DNA from: Paramoeba atlantica
Lineage: Eukaryota; Protista; Discosea
Length of the DNA stretch: 64,000 bases
Assembly (NCBI GenBank): GCA_977017575.1
Contig: CDRNVI010000054.1
Location: 124,001-188,000 of the forward strand
Direction: 5' to 3'
Program-made: the position numbers and the translations under genes
Shown here: piece after piece, positions 35,046-47,810 of the stretch
Position numbering within the stretch: position 1 is the stretch's first letter
Layout: each line of letters opens with the position of its first letter
The notes under the pieces: model-generated
Told to the model about the DNA's origin: nothing
The model's input: the letters and a program-made list of their open reading frames with translations, nothing else
Databases searched by the model: none

Positions 35046-35349
35046 AATGAAAACGCAATTTTTTTTGTAAAAAAATGCTCGACGAACGGAGCTTGGTTTT
35101 TTATTGTAAGCGAGACTGAATTACCGTTATAGTCCTTGCGCGCACTAATAGGGATCGTGAGGACACGTACAGAAACAGCATCTTTATGTCTTGAAGGATT
35201 AAACCTTGCTTTCATGGTATTCTTGCGCCCAAAACAATTTTTTTTATTTTTTCTTGTTTTTTTTATCCAGTCAGGTTGAGCCCTGAGTCCCAGCAAAATA
35301 AGTAATACACAAAAAAAAGACTGCGTATGAACAAATATTATAAAAAGCG

Positions 35350-36270
35350 TCATCCCTCGTAGTCTGATGCGCAACTATCGGAACTGAGTTCCTCAAATTC
35401 TTCGTGAACGGGAAAACCGTAGTTGTCTTTAATACACTTCATTATATTAACAAAGCGACTCTGCCAAGACTGCTCGCGGCCATTATGGGTCTCCCCATAC
35501 TTTACACACTGGAGCGCGACGTTTCGCTTCAACTCCAACGTTGTTGCCCCAAAATTATAGTGTTGGAGTCTTACCCAATACTTAATGGTGTTGTGGACAC
35601 TCCCAGCACCATTAGTATGATATCCGTTCTTGTTCACAAACTCCTTACTATGATTCACGGAGTAGTGACGACAAACTTTGTCCAAACCATTGTAAGCCCC
35701 CCAACAATCGCTCACTACCACGGATCGCGCACTGGCAAGATGGGGAATGATGAAGCCATGAAGGGTAGGCGTATCACGACGCTTTACCAATTTCCAATGG
35801 GTCCGCCCCGTTTTACCAGTGCCACGAGACTCCGTGACAGTTGCGAACCACCATCCCCTTTTCCGCTGTCTACGGTCCCGATTATACTTCCGTTTGCCGA
35901 TGAAGGTCTCATCGACCTGCACTCGACTGAATTCATAATGAGACATGGTTTCGTTACGGAGCGCTGCATCAGCAAGAGTGTGCAGGAGATCCTGAACCAC
36001 CTTGCGATCAAGTCCACGATTACGCGTTATTTGACCCGTGCACATGTTGTTCGCAATGTCTGCCCATACGAGCAAGACTTGCCCTGGAGTAAGTTGCGTA
36101 CGGGGAGAAATAAATGGTGACCACTTACAAACTTTCAATCGGCAACGGTTCACCTTGCCGGGTTCTCGATGCCCACACATACTTAGATTTGGTTTCCCTG
36201 GAACGTCGGACATAAAGTGCATCCCGTGCGAAGGACAAATAGGTGGGAAAAACAAATCATGATTCCGCAT
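35350..36270 (-). pseudogene. Merlin / IS1595-family (ISXO2-like) transposase, probably inactive
   Basis: VQVDETFIGKRKYNR, VVSDCWGAYNGL, VNHS, HTNGAGSVH (expected Glu replaced by Gly). Confidence 0.85.
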
Positions 36271-36559
36271 CCAGTGTTCTGCACCAGTCCTTGTTGCATC
36301 AGTCCTTGTGGAATATCTGTAATACTCCGCCAATGAGAAACACAGGTAAAAGCGGGACAGGAACAGGTCGTCTGCGCAAAATAGAGAAATCGAGTTGTTC
36401 TTGTTGGGGAGGAGGTAATTCACGCAGCCCAGTAGGCGGCCGCTCGTAAGTAGCAGTTTCCAGGAGAGCCATTTGTAGGATCAAACACAAAGTCACGCGA
36501 TTCCCCGAATCATACAGGAATAACATCTCCATACATCGGAAAGCCCCAAGACAGAGAAA

Positions 36560-38891
36560 GAATGGCATGCGTGTACGAAAAAGGCTTGAATGACGCGGCT
36601 TGGAGCCCAAAGAGGGTATGGTCGCGTATACACCGGAAAACTGAACGTCCGACCCAGGAAATGATGCAAACATTGCCGATACATGCACGTCGGGTAAAGC
36701 CGCTACGACTGCACCGAATTAGAGATTTGATGTTGCCACACGTACGTACACCACACGTCTTTACAATGCAAAGACAAGCGAGTGTGCCTCCATAAATGCT
36801 GCAAGAGACATTTTCCAACAGGCTAAGAAGTCGCGTTTAGTGTTTAATGTTTAAAGTCATGATTGATCGACTCCTCACCACTAAGAACAAAGTGGTACAT
36901 TATTATTATTACGTACGTACACGCTTTGATCAGATATGGGGGAAGATAACGAATCCAACAGGATTACTACGCCAACTAAAACCCTCCCCTGTCACAACAA
37001 AAGATTTGACGCACTCACATATCAAATCTTTAATGCAGGCTGACATAATCGAACTCGTGGAACATACGTACAGCAACTCCATTCGGGCGTGGGTGATCCC
37101 ATTTACAAATCTAGAGAGTAGGAACGGTCAATTCCGGCGCAGATTCATAACCTGGACCAAGCAACATAATGAGGCAATTGCAACGACATACAAGGCAGAG
37201 ATGCCGTTGGAACAGCCGGTCAAGTATGTCTCCCAAGTCCGAGAGGAGTGCGCCGTGCAGCGTGACTTGTCCTCTGCATTCTTCCAGCTGGAATTACCTG
37301 CACCTAGTCGGCCATTTTACCGCTTTATCCACTCTGGAGCCACATACCAGATGACACGCATGCCTATGGGGCATAGCATGGCTCTGGAAGTCATGCAAAT
37401 TATTACATCCGTGATTGCCGGACACACTTCATATACGACAGACCCTATCCTGGAGGATGCGTCACATCTCGATGTGTAGGTTGACGGTTTTCGTCTGTGC
37501 GGGAAAAGAGATGTCTGCAGAGATTATGCAGGATGAGTGTTTGATCGCGCTTTGTTTTCCGGCGTAACACTTAAAGATTACTCCTTTGACCCAGAGGTGG
37601 AATACGACTGGTTGGGGGTGAGGTATCACCACGAGAGTCAGTGCTATCGTATGAACGAATCATTCATCGAGAAAATCCCCGGAACATTGCCGCTAGAGGC
37701 CCCTTATTACTTCTATGAGACGCTTTGTGCGCGTCTAGTGTATGCGTCTGGCATACTCCAAATTCCATTGCCAAGGTACTATTGGATCATAAAGTACGTA
37801 CGGCGTCAGGTTTCGAAGTTAAAAAAAGGGATGATATCAGATACTACATTATTACAGCCGCCTCCGGGAAATATGAACCAGTTACACGACTGGGCGCAAA
37901 AGGTTAAGCGTACTACGTGGCAAACGTACGTTGGATACTCTTCGCAAGCCGCAACACTTTACACAGACGCATCCCTCGATGGATGGGGTGCAGTCCTCTT
38001 TCTTCCGGGCGGAACAGTGTACGGTACAGGGGCGCCATGGATCCACAAAACTGAAATAAATGAAGGCGAAGCCCTGGCCGTAGAAAATGCCCTTCTGTCC
38101 TTTCAACGACATTGGAAGACTATTACAACAATAAATCTGTACGTCGATAACACGAGCGTAGGATTCGCCCTACAGAAACAGTGGGCGGATTCAGAGAGTA
38201 TCGCACGCGTCTTAGTCCGACTTTGTGATTACATGTCAAACCACAACCTCAAAGTAATACCGCGCTATGTGTCGACGAAGCAGAACTACGCCGATCCCTG
38301 GAGCCGAAATCGGTATTTGACTTGGCGACAGGATGGAATGGAACTAGCGAACGCGGCGGGTGCGGACGGCCCTTTCGTTAGTTAGTAATTAGTTATTCGG
38401 AGACCAAAGCAAAATTGAGAAGAAAGTTATAAATTTAGACATTAAAAGCTGAAGCGGGAAGTCATGTGAAATTGAATTCGAGCAAGTCATCTATATACTA
38501 TATATCTTTCATTTCATGGATCACGCGCGAGCCTGTGCCCCCGAATGTCAATTATAAAAGCTTGCGTAAGTAATTGATAAACGGGTGGGTAAAATAAGAT
38601 AATAGGGATACGACCGTATTTTCTATAAATTGTCTAGTATCCATTTTGTACTGTTCATATCCAGATAAAGTTTCCCACCCACCTCCCCACGTCCACGTGC
38701 GGACGGCCCTTTCGTTAGTTAGTAATTAGTTATTCGGAGACCAAAGCAAAATTGAGAAAAAAGTTATAAATTTAGACGTTTAAAGCTGAAGCGGGAAGTC
38801 ATGTGAAATTGAATTCGAGCAAGTCATCTATATACTATATATCTTTCATTTCATGGATCACGCGCGAGCCTGTGCCCCCGAATGTCAATTA
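36560..38891 (+). mobile_element. YR retrotransposon YR-4, 5'-truncated, in-frame stops, with B1-A2-linker-B2
   Basis: QRDLSSAFFQ, RMPMG, V*VDG, YTDASLDGWGA, NYADPWSR; B1 38361-38554 = B2 38698-38891. Confidence 0.9.
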
Positions 38892-39368
38892 GGTCATAGA
38901 ATTTTTCTCCGGAAGCCCAGTAGATAACAAGGTCTGGCCCTGTAGAAGCGTTGAGAGAATAATTTTTATATAGAAGTGATTTATCTTCTTAAATTGTTCT
39001 GGAGATAAATTCCATGTTGAATTGCACTTCGAGGAACATAAAATATCAGACTCTCGTAAACAATATAAACCCAAGAGATAAATAAATATACTTTGATCTT
39101 CCGTAATGAATCACACTCCCGAATTATATGCCTTGCTTCCGTATATCCTGATAACATCAATCCTTGTAAAACACAAATTCAAATATTCACCTTCACCAAG
39201 AGATCTCTCTTCCTAACGCGAACGGGTGTCCACGCGGGGACCACCCTTTCGCAAGTCACTGAACTGTCCCTTTCGCTGGTTCATTATGTACACTGCCCAA
39301 ACACCATTTTTATAACCTTACCCCCCCTCCTTGTTTTTTTTTCTTTTTTTTTAAGTGTTATCGTTAAG

Positions 39369-41339
39369 TTTTTTTTTTAATTATTATATTTTCACCCCCC
39401 GCTCAAATTAGCAAATTTTATCAAATCAAATTAGCAATTTTACTTTGTTTTTATGAAAATAAAGAATTTTTTTTTCTCTCTTTCTCCTCTTTCTTTTTTT
39501 TTGCAATAAATAGGGGGGGAGAAGTATAAAACGCGGCATTGCCTCTATATTTTTACACAGTAGACGAACCAAGTAGGTCCATTGGTGGGGGTATACGATT
39601 TTAAAACAAGCAATCAAATTAGCAATTTCATATTTTGGAGTTTTGCCCAAAACTAGCAATTCGATCTCCCGTAAGTATAAGAACAATAATAACAATAATA
39701 ACAATAAAAACAAGCAATCCAGACCCAATCCATTCGCGCGTTCCGGACCGGGTCTTTCGACCTCTCCACGGCCTGACTTGTGAACCCTTCCCTTGCTAAA
39801 TGGGAGGGTGCAGACGCGGGCCTGTGTCGACAGCGACACGGTCGCGAAACGGGATGCTGGCCGACGGGGAGGAGATTCACTACCCGTGTACTATCTAACT
39901 TGGGGTACCTAGCCCTTTCGAGCTAGGCGTGAGCATAGACTCTGTCGACTCGACCAGCATCCGGGATCACATTGGAGAACCTCGCTCATGAGAGCGAGGC
40001 CCCTTCCAAGGGGGCGTTGGGGTCACTTACGACCATCCTGGAGACCATCATTCGGGCCTGTGAGCGCATGAGCGTCACGTTCAACTCTTTTAAGAGTTCA
40101 TTTCGAGCCTGTGTGTCAGTAAGAAGACCATTAGACGCACTGGCGCGTAGCGCCCCCACCTTCCACAAGACTGCTAGAGCACTTTTGCTCCACGATCCAA
40201 AGGACTCAACCACCATGACGGTGAAGAGTAATTTTTCCTTTTCCGCTTCCTGAAGTTGAGTATTCTTTGTTGTTGAGTAATGTTCAGCGAAAGACCCCGC
40301 AGCCACCCAGCTAGCATTTCGGACGGAGTCCAAATACTTTAGTTGCTGTGCGTGGGCGAAGTCTAACACCATACCATTTCCCAGGGTGAAGTTGGGTATG
40401 AACACGTCGGAGGGCCTGGTGAGACCCCTTCCAGGTCCCCGATTGCCCAAGCTTTTTTCCCTTTGTGGTGCCATGTCGGCTTTCCTGCAAAATGAGGCGA
40501 ATTGTTCGCACACCGCGTTATGCCTGGTGATGAGGCCGTGCCCGTTCTTGCATAGCAAGGCATGTTCCCCATCTCTCTGCAGGGGTAATGCGCATCCTTT
40601 TGCGGGACAAGGTCGATCTTGTTGGTAAATATCGGAGCCTAGCCACCAGCGTGATAGCGTGCGGAACTCGGTGGGTGTGAAAGCGTATCCCTTGTTCCTA
40701 GAGGGCGCGACAAAAGCCCAGCTGTCAGCTCCCTTCCCCGACTGCGAGACCCATCGTGCGCGCGTGCGGGGGTCGGCCTGCCCGTAGGCTGTGGTGAATT
40801 CCTGTTGGGAGATAGCCTGGCTGAGCTGTTGCTGCCGGGGGATGACCATCTCCGGCTCTGTCGCCCTGTCTGCCTCCATTTTGTTGAGCGTACACCGTGG
40901 GCGTTTTCGAGAGGAAATTGTGACGTTGGACTGAGTCATGGTGTGACTTGTTCTGCTTGGGTGTGCGCCCCGTACTAGGGTCCACTAGAGCTACTCCTGC
41001 CTTACTGTTTACATCTTTTACCGAGGCAGTAAATCCGTCAGCCTCTGTAGGGTCCCAGTCATCCATATCGGCGGCGTGCGCATCGGAAGAAACGTAAGCG
41101 GCCAATGCATGAAGTGTCGAAGACCTTAGGCCGAAACCTCCATGACGCTTCCTGCGTTGGATTTGGTCTCGTGCGTGGGGTTCCAGGGGAAAAAGTGCCC
41201 ACTCCACGGCTGTTAAAACGTTTTCATCAAGTATACTACAAAGCTGGGAAAGAGCCTGAGGGGGTGTGGTGCGGAGTGCGTACACCATTTGACAAAAACC
41301 TGTGCATTGGCGAATTAGGGCGATGGCGACTTGTAGGTC
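39369..41339 (-). mobile_element. CRE-like family-3 element A, 5'-truncated, with cassette (39730-39962) and poly(A)
   Basis: RWWLG..CPAKGC..HALLC, RPSDVFIPNF..VLDFAH; A10 at 39369-39378. Confidence 0.9.
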
Positions 41340-44300
41340 TTTTTTTTTTATATTTTCACCCCCCGCTCAAATTAGCAAATTTACTTTGTTTTTATGCAAA
41401 TAAAGAATATTTTTTTTCTCTCTTTCTCCTCTTTCTCTCTCACTTTCTCACCTCTTGACATACTTTTACCACCTTTCTACTTACTTTCCTACTTTCCCCT
41501 ACCCAACTTTTCAACTTTTCAGGGAGGGTAAGGTCTCCCTCAGCTTCGTTTCACCCGGCCTGCAGGTGGCTCCTCAACCATTCGCGCGTTCCGGACCGGG
41601 TCTTTCGACCTCTCCACGGCCTGACTTGTGAACCCTTCCCTTGTTATACAGGAGGGCGCAGGCGCGGGCCTGTGTCGACAGCGACACGGTCGCGAAACAG
41701 GATGCTGGCCGACGGGGAGGAGATTCACTACCCGTGTACTACCTCACTTGGGGTACCTAGCCCTGACGGACTAGGCGTGAGCATAGACTCTGTCGGCCCG
41801 ACCAGCACCCGTCCTGGATACCATGGCGTCTCGCTCAGGAGTTCTGAGCCCGGATGGCCTTACTGCCCTTCTAGGGGCGTGTTGGGATCGCTTACCGTCA
41901 TGTGAGAGACCATCATCCTCGCCTGGGATCGCATGAGTGTGATATTGAGCTCGTTGAGCAAGTCATTCCGAGCTTTTGTTTCAGTGAGCAGACCTTTCGA
42001 CGCTTTTGCGCGCTGCGCTCCGACCTTCCACAGGACCGACATTGCGCTACTGCTCCACGAACCAAAGGACTCAACGATCATGGCAGTGAAAAGTAACCGG
42101 GCCTCCTCCGCTTCCTGGCGTTGTTTCTTCTTAGATTCGGAAAAATGGTCAGCGAAGGATCCTGCAGCCACCCAGCTAGCAGTACGGACGGAGTCCAAAT
42201 ACTTTATTTGCTGGGCATGGGTGACTGCAAAGCCCAACACCATACCATTTCCGAGGGCGTAGTTGGGAATAAAGACGTCACCGGGTCTGGTGAGGGCACC
42301 TCCTGGGCCTCGGTTTCCCAAGCTTTTTTCCCTCTGGGGAGCCATGTCTGCCTTGCTGCAGAAAGAAGAAAACTGATCGCAAAAGGCGTTGTGTCTGGTG
42401 ATCAGGCCATGACCGCTTTTACAACAAAGCGCGTGTTCTCCGTTTCTCTGAAGGGGTAACGTGCATCCTTTTGCCGGACAAGGACTAACCTCTGGGTAAA
42501 TACCCATTCCCAACCACCAGCGTGATAACGTTCGGAACTCGGTGGGTGAGAAAGCAAAACCTCTGCTTCTCGAGGGAGTTACGAAGACCCAGTTCCCGGC
42601 CCCTTTTCCCGACTGAGACACCCACCTTGCCCGTGTACGAGGGTCCGCCTTTTCGTATTCTGTGAGCATTTCCTGTTCGGCAATTGCCTGACTCAATTGC
42701 TGTTGCTTGGGAATCACCAGTTCCGGTTCCGTGGAGCCGTCTACCGCCATGCTGCGTAGCATTTGTCTTCGACGTTTCCTGTTTGGGGATGAGATGCGTT
42801 GTGAGCCGGAGTCCGGTCGCGGGTTTTGTTTGGGTATGCGACCTGTGCTGGGGTCCACAAGGGTCACTCCTATTTTGTTGTTGACGTCCTGCGCCGAGGC
42901 GGCGAAACCTTCGGCGTCTGTAGGGTCCCAGTTATCCTCGTCGGCAGCGTGTGCTACAGAAGCAACATAAGCCGATGTTGCGTGGAGAGAGGCAGATCTG
43001 GGACCAAAGCCCCCGTGGCGTTTCCGACGTTGAATTTGGTCACGTGCTTGCGGGTCCAAAGGAAAGAGTGCGAGCTCTACAGCAGTGAGGACGCTCTCGT
43101 CGAGAAGACCGCACAGGTGGGAGAGGGCTTGCGGAGGCGTAGTTCGAAGGGCACAGACCATTTGGCAAAAGCCCGTGCACTGGCGAATTAAGGCCATAGC
43201 GACTTGAGGGTCTCTTATTAATCCGACAGCGGCAAGGGTCTCAAGTGCTGGTTCTATTGCGTTTAAGAGAAGGAATTCCGCGCAATGCTCTGCAGATCCA
43301 ATCGGACTTCCGAGGATATCAAAGTTTCCGTCAACATGGATTTTCTCCGCTGGGATTTCAGGGAATTGTTCAGTGACATGGGCTGAGGGTGGCGGTGTTA
43401 TGATTTCACACTTTTTTGGATTTAAGAACAAACCACATTTAGGGCCAAACTCAGAAAACACGTCCAATGCCTTTCTGACTTCACCCGCCTCCCCCATAAG
43501 GATCCCGCCATCCAAATACCAGAGCTGCGAGTCGAGGTTAGCCCGTGATGGTATTTCTTCGGTGACGTTCGAGAGGACTAGGGAGAATAAGAGTGGACCT
43601 AGGGGGTTGCCCTGTTGTACACCTTCCGCAGATGATATGAAGTGATTTCCGTAGGTGAGAACGCTCGGGTGTGAGTAGCACCATTCTACCCATGGCGATA
43701 ACTCTGGAAAGTATATGCGCGTGAGCAGAATGAAAACAGGTCGACTTACGTTGTTAAATGCGTTTCGCAGGTCCATCTTACAGAACGCGAGGTTATCACT
43801 CCCTAGGTTGTTTAGCATGTTTTTTCTACATAGGTGAATAACTCTTTCGGCTCCCGCTGAAAAAGCGACGCCATATTGGTGCCCTCGAAATAGCTCTCCG
43901 ACCTTTTCCTTGACTGCGAAGCAAGCTGCCTTGCTAACCATCCGTCGTAGGGTTTCACCTGCCGCTATCGGTCGCACCTCATTTTCCCCTTTCTCCAGAG
44001 CACAAAGCCGGGCTCCAGCGTAGAACATTTGTGCTTCGAGGGGCGCATTTCCTTCCAATAAATGATTTGCCAGGCGAGTGAGTGCTGAGAGAGGAGTCAG
44101 ATCCTTATCGGCGTGTTCCCGAATAGCTGCTTGAATGTGTTCCGGTCGCAGGCCCATTGTTCCGGCTGATGACCCTCTGTGAAAGCTGTCGATCGCTTTC
44201 CTTACCTCTGCTTCCTCCAGGCGTAAAGGGGGATCCTCGATCAGTGGTATTTCCTGCGTAGTGGGGTTTTCGTGTGGTTCTGTATGTTTTTCTACGAGTT

Positions 44301-46850
44301 TCGCAAGGGTCTCCTCATTGTCCGGGGCCATTGGTGCTGCAGCTAGGGCGGCCATTCCCCTGGAATATTCGCCCTGACGAGTCAGGAGTTCGGCTCTAAT
44401 TGCTGCTTACAGGCTGGAGGGGATAAATAAATCTGTTCTTGAGCCAGAAGCGTCTCCTTGCTCTTCACCCTTATCAATCCAGTCTTTCGATTCAACAGCG
44501 TCGTTTGATTCTGCTACTGTAGAGCCGGAAGCGTCTGTAAGTTACGACGCTCAAGTATTGGACAATGTGGAAGAGCTCCGGGACGCGGTTCTTCCTGTTG
44601 AAATTGCCACTCCGATTATCTCTCACGCACTTGGCCCTACAGATTCCGAAATTCCAACGCCCTACATATAGATCAGATCCTAACGTTCTCGAACTGCGTT
44701 CACTAAAAAGGAAAGTGACCGCTCAGCACCGGGCCTTAAAACGTGCACGGACTGATCTTCGTTCGTGCAAACAGAAACTGAGAAGACTTGAGTCTGCTGA
44801 TATTTCCTTCGTCAAAGAGCGGGAAGAATTGCGAGCGGCTTCTCGAGAGGCTGAAATAAGATCTGCACTCATAGAAAAGGCATACGTGGAAACGAAAACT
44901 GAATGTAGACACTTGCGTCACAGCTGCGAAGCTCTTACTAAGGAACAGAAGGAAAACATAAAAATTTTACATGAGTTGCGGTCCCTTTTAGATCAGAGCA
45001 CACAGCAAACTACAAGCGACGGGAAAAGGGGAGGTCGGCCTAAAACAGTGCGCAATCAAAGAAGAAAACTTTTGAAACGGTTCAAGCGTCAAAAAGGCGC
45101 TCTCTCAGAATCAGATTTATACCTACTAAAAGGTGTTTACGAAACAGGAATTTTCTCTCAGGCTGATCTTTGTTATATGTTTTCTATCTCAAGTGGGACA
45201 TGCTCACGTTTACTTAACTGTGAATCGCATGTAGACCAACGCTTGACTCAGATGAAAACAGTGAGGACATCGCTTTTCACATGGGAGCACTTCGACCATG
45301 TGAAAGAAATTGTTCCCACAGTTATTGCAAGTCTTCCTTATCGTTCAGTAACAGTAATTCGTCGAGCTCTCGAGAAGCATACTGAAGGGCGTATTTCTTT
45401 TTCCAACAACCGAGTTCGCGACATTTTGTATTACTTCAATTATTCCTACTCTACAAAGGAAAATACCCTTCAACTAACGACCAGAAGCGGGAGGCACGAG
45501 TTCACTTTGGCAAACTACTACTGGAAGAAAGTGTAGCCTCGGATGAAATTCTATTCTCAAATATTGTTTTCTCCGACGAGACTTATTTCCAAGAGGGTGA
45601 CACGTCACGAAAAAGTTGGCAGAGCCCCACAGATCGCGTTCCAATGAGTCGAACGCATTACCCAATAAAAACAAAAAGGTTATGCTGTGGGGTGCCATTG
45701 ATAAGGAAGGCAATATCCTCTATCATTGGTGTGACAATTTTACCGAGTTTTACGCTCGAGAAGCAACTCGATTATTGGAACTGGGTGAGAAGCGCGAGAC
45801 TCCCCCAGACCAATTAAAACTGGGAAGCCTGTACTACCGAAAACAAATTCTTGATACAAAGTGGATCCCGTACGCTTCTCTTCACAAAGATGCAGTGTAC
45901 ATGGATGACGGCGCGCCCGGCCACACAAGCAAGAAGACACGAAAATGGTGGCTGTCGCACGCCGAGCGTGATTTAGTTTGCGCCGATCTTCGTCATAGAA
46001 AAATGCAGAACGGAGAAACACTTCCAAAGGGGCCAGCCGATTCACCCGATCTCAATCCAATTGAGAATTTGTGGAGCGAAGCGAAAAAGGCGAAAAATAA
46101 AAGAATTCCGCAAACAGCAGTTGAAATTAAGCGTGCTGTAGAAGAATACTTGGACTCAGGTGAGGCTAAAGACTTCGCGAAAACTGTGCATGCATCTTTC
46201 AAGAAAAGACTGCATTGTTGCATCAACAGATTGGGGAAAAAATTCCATACTAGTTATGCGCTCCATTCCGGGTGACTTTTTCGCACTACACAGAGCACGA
46301 ATTTATATAAGATGGGCATATCTACTATAGGTTATCCTTTCTGAACGTTACTTTCGGATAGAATCCACATATACCGGCCTAGTAAATAGTTTTCATGAGT
46401 AGTGAAATCACATAGAACATTCATGTTTTTGGAAAAAATGACGTTTTATTAAGTGTGTTTTATTATATGTGTTATTGTTCTCTATAGTTTTCCAAGCAAG
46501 AGCTCTTTCCAAAAAGCACAAATATGCCTTTTATTTTTTTTTCTGACTCTTTTCGTCTTCATGAGCCATCCTTCTTTTTCTCCGGCAGGCCACTAGTCCT
46601 AGAGCGTTTTTTCGCTTGGTCCTTCAGAGCCTGTTCCCAAAAAACAAGGTAATCTCCATCGATCCAGAGCTCCATGCATTTCTCTACATGTGAGGCGTAT
46701 GATATGTGTCCTTTACGTCCGCCTCGGTAAGGCGCCGGTAGAGCGCACTTTGGAAGCATTGCTAGGAGTGTCCACGCCTGTATCGTGTTTTCGCGTACAG
46801 CGCATGTTAGAGTTCGGGTCAAGATGTTAGCCCACAAAAACCTGCAGCTG
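41340..46850 (-). mobile_element. CRE-like family-3 element B (ORF 41860-44355, N-part 46534-46850), interrupted by Tc1-like element; cassette 41578-41810
   Basis: KMDLRNAFN, GVQQGNPLG, WYLDGG (YLDD mutated); WTLLAMLPKC part resumes after 46533; A10 at 41340-41349. Confidence 0.9.
44410..46531 (+). mobile_element. IS630/Tc1/mariner-like transposon, frameshifted transposase (44565-46275)
   Basis: IVFSDET, VMLWGAI, MDDGAPGH, SPDLNPIENLW; TA at both junctions with element B; no matching TIR pair found, so ends are tentative. Confidence 0.8.
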
Positions 46851-47810
46851 TTTTTTTTTTTTGCAATTGATAAGGGGGGAGAAGTATGAATCGCGGCATT
46901 GCCTCTATATTTTTTAACCTTAACCCCCCTCCTTGTTTTTTTTATCCTAGAGTATTACAACGTTCAACTTCGAACTTTCCCTATTTTCCTCGCCATTACG
47001 TGCGTAATGGCGGATACAAATCTTCCGCGGGCATGCGATTAACTAGCATGCGCGCCTGGGCCCTCATCAACGTGACGTTCATTTCGGTCAGGAGCCGAAA
47101 GGAAGCTTTAGAGCAAGAGAGGATTCCCTGGGATGCTGCAGAGCGACGTTCGGCCACCTGGCGCAAGATGCCCATGGCACTGTCGGACCAGGATCCGAAG
47201 GTCCTTCGGATCCTTCGGAGGCGGAGTCCGCGGGGCACAAATTCACCGCAATGGCGGTGGAGTCTAACTAGTATACTATAGTATACTATACTATAGTATA
47301 CTAGTTAGACTCTATAGTATACTATACTATAGTATACTAGTTAGACTCCACCGCCATTGCGGTGAATTTGTGCCCCGCGGACTCCGCCTCCAGACGCTCC
47401 GAACTTTTGTGCTCGGAGGCGTACCTCTCGGCGAAACATCCTGCTTTTCCCACGTTAGCACCTCGGACCATGTCCGTATAATTGGTCTGCTGAACGTGTG
47501 TCACACAGAAGTCTAACACCAGAGAGGTCGCCAAGCCAAAGTTCGGCAGGAAAATGTCCGCGGGCCTGGTAAGGCCGCCAACCGGGCTGTAGTTCCCCAG
47601 GCTTTTTTCTCGCTGTGGGGCGAGGTGTGCCTTGTTGCACACGTCGCAGAAATGTTCCGCAAGCGCGTTGTGACGGGAAATTAACCCGTAACCGCTCTTG
47701 CAGACAAGTGCGTGACTCCCATCCGTTCCCAGGGGCTGAGGACATTTGTCCATGGGGCATGGCCGGGATTCGTGGTACACATCGGCCCCCAACCACCAGC
47801 GATCCAGTGC
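46851..47810 (-). mobile_element. CRE-like family-3 element G, RLE-only 3' fragment with poly(A), broken by palindromic scar
   Basis: RWWLG..CPMDKC..RPADIFLPNF..LDFCVTH..AMAVES / FGSWS..NVTLMRAQAR; A12 at 46851-46862. Confidence 0.88.
47191..47391. repeat. Fold-back palindrome with 69-bp arms and TATAC/TATAG filler
   Basis: 47217-47285 is the reverse complement of 47323-47391; extra palindrome GGATCCGAAGG-T-CCTTCGGATCC at 47191-47213. Confidence 0.95.

Noticed and set aside
7221-37540. Stop-codon reassignment suggested by in-frame stops in YR-1, YR-4 and the LINE
   Set aside because: The 1150-, 899- and 1341-aa ORFs, rich in Glu/Trp, have no stops, and one TAG replaces a conserved Tyr; ordinary nonsense mutations fit better.
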